Shown: positions 57,103-64,000 of the stretch, one piece after another
How positions within the stretch are numbered: position 1 is the stretch's first letter
Layout: the number at the start of each line of letters is the position of its first letter
Program-made: the position numbers and the translations under genes
Origin: the human T2T-CHM13v2.0 reference genome, Homo sapiens
Strand: one strand, 5' to 3'
Assembly (NCBI RefSeq): GCF_009914755.1
Contig: NC_060936.1
DNA length: 64,000 nucleotides
Notes under the pieces: model-generated
Databases searched by the model: none
What the model was told of the DNA's origin: nothing
The model's input: only the letters and a program-made list of their open reading frames with translations

Positions 57103-58440
57103 GCTATTTTATAAAGCTTAATATTTTCCTAAAAATATTAGAAAAAAAATCAGAACAAAAAATCAGTTTACATGTAGTACAGTTACAAGTAAATAGCTAT
57201 AGATAATATAGCCATTAGGAAAAAGAGCAGAGCTAAATAATAAGAAAACAAAAGCAGTAAGCAGCAATAAAATTAATACCTACATACAACTAGCAGTGCA
57301 ATAAGATAAGCAGAAAGCAGCTTTACGTTAAAAGAAAGTTATTTAAATACAGAAATAGCACCTTACAAAAAGGAATTGAGAAATGTAAACTTGGTAGGTA
57401 GATTCAAGTATAAAAGTTATACCCCCGACTCTTGTACCAGAATGAAAGGGTTTTACAAACCCTGGTCAGTGTAGGGCACACACAGCCTCTGTGACAACTC
57501 AAAAAAGCTGCATTCTCTTAGTAGGACCACCAACGATTATTTTTTTCTTTTACTAAATTATACAATAATAGACTCAAGATTGCCATTGCTTCTTCACTAC
57601 CCAAAATATCCAAGTCTAGCGCAGCAGCTTCAATTCCACCAGTTGTTCTGTAAGATTTATTTTCCTGACAGAAACAACCACTGCATTATTATTTTTACAT
57701 ATAAAGCCACATTAAGAAGTGGATACTGAATACAGAAGCAATTGTCCTTGGTTTTCTACTCCTAAGAATGGTCACCAAGTCATAATATCCTCACCAATGG
57801 GACTGCTTCTTAACACCCCTCAGGAATTATGAATTCTGAGGTTAAATGGTCATATCATGATCAGAATAATAAAAAAAGATAGCAAAAATGTTAAAACAAG
57901 TATAGAGCATTCAGGAACAGTGAGGGGAAAAGCAATTTCTGTTTCCGTCTAAATGCAGACCTCTCCATGAAATATTTTGTGGAAGTTCTTAAGCATGGTA
58001 GAATTAACATGCATATACCCTGCACAGATTGAAACCTGAAAAAGGTATATTTTTATTTGTTTTGATAGGGAACCCATCAGTTTTAGTTCAGGGTCATTTA
58101 ACCATGCAATTGTTGATGGTTAGAACCACATTTTTAACCTAACTCTATAGAAGACTGTAAAAAAGAAAAAAAAAACTTGTAAACTTTAAAAGTTTAGTGT
58201 TGATAAAAATTTTTATATAAGTAGCAAATTTATTTAATGTAGCTACCTACCTCAAGTTTTAAAAAATCTTGTGGGGGTAATAAGGCTAATATTATCCTGT
58301 AGTTAATATAAAGCTACTTTATTCAGACTCCCAGAGTCTCTTAAATTAATATTTTCATTCTTTCATATAACATTTTATTGGGTCAAAAAATAAAAATAAA
58401 ATAAAACCCTACACCAGGATTCTACATCTAAGATAGTTTT

Positions 58441-58522
58441 AAGAGAGGAAGAGGAAGGAAGAAAAGAAGTAGGAAGGAGGGAAGGAAGAGAGAATGAAGG
58501 AAAGTAGGAAGGAAAGAAGGGA
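58441..58522. repeat. Purine-rich (GAAG-like) low-complexity tract in E2F7 3' UTR
   Basis: ~80 nt almost entirely A/G on the + strand. Confidence 0.9.
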
Positions 58523-59846
58523 ACCATTTACTCTGAAGAGACAAGAGAGAGGTAAATATCAGCAAGTCTAGGAATACAAAGAACTAGTATAGTTTGGCGA
58601 CTTAATGCACCCCTAAAGTAATGTGGGTTAAAAAAGGGAAATTGCATAACAGTTTCCAGAATTGTATTCATGCTAGAACAACCAACCCGTGCGCTCACCA
58701 TTCTCATTTTTCAGAGGTACCAACTAACTACAGTTTGAATACCCTTGGATATGAAACATATGTCCATTTTCCCTCTTACTCTTCTGGACATGAAGTAGAA
58801 GAAAAACAAAAGAATCATCTCTTGCCCTGTATCAATTTTCACATCATTACTCTTCAGAATTCAACGAAAAGGTCTCATCCAGGTTCCAATTTTCCATATA
58901 ATCACTTTCTACCATCCTGATTTATTTTACAAACAGCAATTGTTAGAAGGCATCCATATCTGATGGCGCTACAGCTAAATATTTAAATAAAAAATGCAGG
59001 GCATGTAGTGAAGGAAACTGGGCACAGTAGGATTTTTAGAAACAAACAGTAATATCTCACTGTTCACACAGTTATTTGAGAAGCAGCAGTTAGGCTGCTA
59101 GAGTTCTAGAGTTCATCTTTGTTCTCAAGCCCACAGTCAGGGTTAGCACAGTTCATTTACAGCAAGGTGTGTCATTCACAGTTATTTTGGTCTTGACATG
59201 TGTCATGTAGATACATTTATCCACATTATTACTAGGTTGTAAAATAAGTGCAGGGCAAATTATAGAATAAAAGTATAAACATTCAAGTCGTCATACCCTG
59301 AAAAAAATGTGTTAAAGACTGTAGTTGTAAACTTTTTGCACTAAATCCCATTTCAGGAACAAAATAAATAACACCATAGGATTCACAACTGAAGATGGCT
59401 TCCTGATGAAGCCTAAGGAAGCAGTAGCTTTTTTAAACTGCAGAAAGGAAGCTTCTCTCACCACAGATTTACTCAGGGCAAGTGGAAATACATGTTAAGA
59501 ATGCTTACCCTAGTTAAGTGCTAGACAGCGCCCCCCTTTAGAAAAACAAGGCTCCGGTATCCTATTCAGATCTACTTCCAGCAATAAGACGATTCTTGAA
59601 TCAAAACCATAAGTCAGTCGGCGCTTTCACTGTGACACCATGCAGAGTCGGAACTCTAACTGGTATTAAATGCACAATTAATTACTTTCAGGAAATCAGA
59701 TGATTGATGGTGGTGGGAAGTTAACAGAAGTGTGGATGAAAGAGAGAGGAAGGACCCGTGCTCAGGACGGGATGGTTTGCATCCCGCCTCGGACATCCGG
59801 GACTCTCAGGGCGTTTGATCCCACCCCCACCTGGCAAAGCGGCAGG

Positions 59847-60017
59847 TTAGTCAGCGCCGCCGCTGGGGATTTCTAGTCTCCTCTGGGCCGAGCTGGTGTT
59901 TCGTGACTGGTTCCTTTCTCTTCTCTTCAGGACAGGGTCTCCAAGGCTGCCGGGTGTCTTGAAAAACGTCTCACGATGTGTGCGTTGGATGCTCTTGGGG
60001 GTCACTGGAACTGGTGA
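59847..60017 (-). CDS. E2F7: E2F7 last coding exon (C-terminal 56 aa + TAA)
   Basis: Minus strand: polypyrimidine tract + cag acceptor (ct at 60018-60019), then [59 protein letters not shown] (tta 59847-59849). Matches the E2F7 C-terminus as I recall it; phase 0 with the upstream exon. Confidence 0.96.
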
Positions 60018-61389
60018 CTGAAAAAAGAAAAAAGAAAAAACAGAAGTGAAGTCATATTGTTTCTGATCTCTGAGTAGAAAGGCAGCCCTTTCTTGACCTG
60101 TGTGTTAGGATCCCAAGGCAGGCGTTCCTTCTTCTTTGCTTTCTTATCACACTTACCCCGTTTGTCTCCCCTGCTTACCACAACTGAAAATTAAATTCAT
60201 ATTTGTTGTTTTGGGTGCAGAAAGGCAGTCTACCAAAGAGGTATCTTTGGTATCTGGAGCCAGGGACTGGGCTCTGCCACTGTGGACAAGTTACTTAAGC
60301 AACCTGTCCCTCAGTTTCTTCCTCCATCCAACGGCGATGGTAAAATTACTGACTTCACAAGGTTGTAGGAATTAAATAAGATAATTGTAAAGCACTTTAG
60401 AGCATGTGAGGCCAACATGGTTTGTGTGTTGGCTCTTTCTCTTTACTTGCTAATATTTATCCCCTAATGTTAAATGTTAAATATTTATTCCCTTAATGTG
60501 CCATAAAATGGCAGGGACCATTATCTTGTTCACTGGTTCACTGCTCTATCTTCACTGCCTAGATCGGTGCCTGGCACATGGTGATAGAAAATTCTATGTT
60601 ATGCTATAATCATCTTGTTTCAAACCTAACATGTTCATTTCAATGTCTCGCAAACTTTTGAGCCTCTGAATAACTTGTCTAAAATATTTTTGGCTAAACA
60701 TAATTCTTTGTCTGGGAGAGTAAGTAATCACTGTGAACAACCTAATGTGTAATAGGAATTCAACGAATACTTGAACTACAAATGGAGGTTGGGGGACAAA
60801 TATAGACTCATTAACTTATATTGATAATGTATCTTTGTGTATATTTGTATGTTTTCTGCGTATGTATAGATGTATATACATCTATGTATTATAGATGTAT
60901 ATACATACAGACATTATACACACACACAGTCTCTAAACATCACATCTTAAGAAATGACTGACAGGCTAAGAATCTCTGAGTTACTATCAAGACTTCTGTT
61001 TCCTTTGATTGTTTTTATAGCTGTATAATTAAAATTTAGGGTAGCTTCTTTTATTGACCTAGTGAAATAAAAGCTTGAAGATCACCAAAATAATAAAAAT
61101 ATTTAGCATTCCTCAAAAATCCCCCCGAACTATGCCTAAAACAGGTCCCTCTAATTATAAGAAACAGAATGACAACTAAAAACATACATTTTTGTCTTTA
61201 AAGCACAGGATCTCTCACCTCATGTCTCAGTGCTTTATAAAAGGAGCAGATAACTCTAGGTCTACAACGGAAGCCAGGTGGAGCCTGACCTAGTGCCTCT
61301 GTCCGGCAGTCATGTGGCTAAAATGAAAGCTAAACACAGGCATACCCCTTCCCAGAGTGACAGTGTCTTCAGGAAACTTCAGGCCTCAC

Positions 61390-61814
61390 CTGATGTAATT
61401 TTACTACTGAGACTGGATGTCCCACGTAAACGGGGGACTCAGGTTGTTGGACGACACTGTGTGACCTTGACATCACTGGACTTAGGTTTAGTGAGGGCTG
61501 ACTCTGAAGCTGAGGGTCTGCAGAAGGGAGTGTGGACGACTTTGGATTAACCACAGCTGTGGGGCCGACGAGAAGCTGGGCTATTGATCCAAGGCCAGGC
61601 AAGCTGAAATTCACAGGTCCTGTGTTTGGGAGAGCACCAAGAGTAGAAGAAACCGGGCCCGGCATTGCAGGAGAATAGAGAACAGGAAAAGGGCCCAGAG
61701 GTGGAGATGGTAAGACCATGCAAGGGACACTGAAAGACGGCAGCTGACCTGAGGACGGGCCCACAGTAGGGGGGGTTTGACTGCCAGATAAAAGTACATT
61801 GAAACCATTTAATC
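61390..61814 (-). CDS. E2F7: E2F7 penultimate coding exon (425 nt)
   Basis: tttcag|GA TTA AAT GGT...TTA CAT CAG|gtgagg; encodes (G)[15 protein letters not shown]...[10 protein letters not shown] within ORF 61369..61845. Phase 1 in, phase 0 out, consistent with both neighbours. Confidence 0.96.
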
Positions 61815-62112
61815 CTGAAAGAAAAGCAGAACAGGCGAAAATCAATATATGTCATCATGAGGATATCATTCAAGCTCACATTTGTCATGGCCCTTTCAAA
61901 CGGGAGTCCACAATAAATCAATGAATGATGAGACCTTCCCCCAGCTGACCAGGCCAAACAGCCCACACCCTGCTCCTTCACAGCTGTGGCCAAGATTGTA
62001 ATCCCACATTTATCTGTGTGATCATTTAGTTGGTGCCTGTGAAGTTTTTAACATGAGTTCCACTGAACCCAAACTGAGAAGGCAAAAAGCTTAGATGGGA
62101 AAGATTACATCT

Positions 62113-62433
62113 TTATTTTTATTTATTTACTTATTTTTTGTTGTTTTGTTTTGAGACCCAGTCTTGCTCTGTTACCCAGGCTGGAGTGCAGTGGTGTGAT
62201 CATGGCTTACTGTAGCCTCACCCTCCTGGGCTCAAGCAGTCGTCCCATTTCAGTCTGCAGAGTAGCTGGGACCACAAGCATGCCACCACACCCAGCTAAT
62301 TTTTTTTTATTTTTTGTAGAAACAGGTTCTTCCTATGTTGCCCGGCTGGTGTCAAACTCCTGGGCTCAAGTGATCTTCCTACCTCAGCCTCCCAAAGTGC
62401 TGAGATTACAGGCATGAGCCACTGTGCCTGGCC
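62113..62433 (-). mobile_element. Alu (AluJ) in E2F7 intron
   Basis: J-type diagnostics (GTAGCCTCACCCTCCTGGGCTCAAG); same orientation as the gene. Confidence 0.93.
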
Positions 62434-63109
62434 AAAATATCTTTATAAGTTCCTAACTGAAAATTTTTATTTCCCTCAATTATCACAGGCAACAAATTAA
62501 CAATTTTAACAGTACCTTGACTTTGTCATTAGGAAATAGTACAGATATGTGCATATTACATTAAACCTATTACAGATTTCTTAATATACTGTTAAGCTCA
62601 TCACAACTTGGAAATTTTGACACTATTGGGCTTGCTGCCAGGTCTTTTTATTACTATCAGTAATTTTAAAAATGATTTTTCTAGTTGCATTCAATATAAT
62701 TGGCTTCCTTTGTAATCCCATGTATTTAATTCTATGCATCCGTAACATTCTGAGGAGGAATCCATGGCCTTCACCAGACTGCCAAAAGGTCCATGGCACA
62801 GAAAAAGTTAAAAACCCCTGTGCTGGGCTGTAATTTTCATTCAGCAGGGGCTGAATCTATTTTTGTTCATTTGTGTATCCCCAATACTCAGTGCTTAGAG
62901 AAAGCACTAAAAGATACTTACTAAAGAAATAAAGAATTTTTTCTAGATAAGTGAATAATCATAAATACTAACCTAACCTGTTCTAGCAGGTTAGGCTTAA
63001 GCCAACAAGGAATTGAGGAAAATCAATTTAGATATCTTTGCATCAAGAGCAGCTTTATGTACAAAGTACATATTTTTAAAATCTGGCATCTGTATTTCGG
63101 CTTTAATAC

Positions 63110-63325
63110 AAAATAGTAACAGCATTTATTGAGTCTTACTAAGTGCCAGGTGCTATTATTCTAAGTGCTTTAGATGTATTATCTTATTAAATTTAATTCA
63201 ATTTTCACAGCACCCATATGAAGCAGGTGCTATTATTACTGCTGTTTAACCAATGAGGATGAAGAATACTTAAGTTCACGCAGATAATAAGTGGTTTTAA
63301 ATGTCAAGCCCTCTTACTCCAGACC
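63110..63325 (-). mobile_element. MIR in E2F7 intron
   Basis: CATTTATTGAG..TTACTAAGTGCCAGG...CTAAGTGCTTTA...ATGAGGA MIR core. Confidence 0.65.
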
Positions 63326-63714
63326 TGGCACTTGGCCACAATTCTATATACTCAGTACCTCTAGATGTTCAAGACCTCAAAACACTAGCTGCATGCAATG
63401 GCCAACAGGTTCACACTATTATACTAAACCAATGCTAGATTCAGCTGAATTACCGTGCTTTTTCACCAAATAATGTTTAATGTATTTTTTTTGAATCACC
63501 TGCCTCAATTATTTTCCCATTACTCCTGAAGTTGGTGAAAGTAGAAGCAGCTTCTCCCTTCATTTATAGATGGAGAAAACAAAGGGGCTAAGAGTAAAAT
63601 GACTCAGGCACATCAATAAGCCACTTTGGGTCAGGTGACACAGACAAAAATTTAAAAATCCAATTCTTGATCTGACTGCCGCAAGGGACTCTAAGACATG
63701 ATGACATCCCTTAC

Positions 63715-63970
63715 CTGCAGGAGACTGCACACAAAGATATTGTAGCAAAGAAGGCTCTTTGGTGCTTTCATTTTCTTTTGAAGGCTTTTCAACATCTGTA
63801 TTTCTTGAAGGATTTCCCCACTCAGAAGAAACAAGAGAGTTTGCTGTTGCCTTTCCTGAAATCTCTTCTGCAGCAGGGAGTTGGCCATTCACATGAATGT
63901 CTTTGAGGGGTATAGATGCCCTGTTACCCATAGTCTTGGGAGAGGCAAGGTCTGTGGAATCTGAGGGTTT
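63715..63970 (-). CDS. E2F7: E2F7 third-from-last coding exon (256 nt)
   Basis: tttag|AAA CCC TCA GAT...CCT GCA G|gtaagg; encodes [29 protein letters not shown]...[10 protein letters not shown](G). The rest of the gene lies beyond the window. Confidence 0.95.
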
Positions 63971-64000
63971 CTAAACACAACCAAACCAGGAAGCAAGAAA

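Larger units (their letters stand above)
57080..59846 (-). other. E2F7: E2F7 3' UTR (~2.77 kb)
   Basis: AT-rich sequence free of interspersed repeats between the stop codon and the distal AATAAA. The cleavage position is approximate. Confidence 0.85.

Noticed and set aside
59526-59543. CTCF-like GGGGGGCGCTG in the E2F7 3' UTR
   Set aside because: Only the 3' half of the motif matches; not supportable without ChIP data.
61369-61845. ORF-track starts and stops for the E2F7 pieces (also 63560..63931)
   Set aside because: The ORFs run past the splice sites into introns; the true boundaries are the GT/AG junctions given in the features.

Overview
Primate (human-like) genomic DNA, mostly repeats. 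The right end holds the 3' part of E2F7 on the minus strand: the last three coding exons (63715-63970, 61390-61814, 59847-60017), all with GT-AG junctions, plus a ~2.8 kb 3' UTR ending at AATAAA (57097-57102). The other ~57 kb is downstream intergenic sequence. It contains a near-full-length L1PB with a target-site duplication (TSD), a full-length old L1MA carrying a RANBP1 processed pseudogene and three Alus, a 5'-inverted L1MB, a solo HERV-W LTR17, MaLR/ERVL LTRs, Tigger/hAT fossils and about 16 Alus in total. I found no new protein-coding system. The best leads are: (1) an L1PB whose 5' UTR looks spliced (SpIRE-like); (2) a RANBP1 retrocopy that seems to carry CCAAT/CHR/E2F promoter motifs and landed in the TSD/tail of an earlier Alu; (3) a twin-priming signature in an ancient L1MB; (4) two template-switch inverted duplications; (5) a few candidate cis-regulatory clusters downstream of E2F7. 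Repeat subfamily names come from remembered consensus sequences, not from a search.
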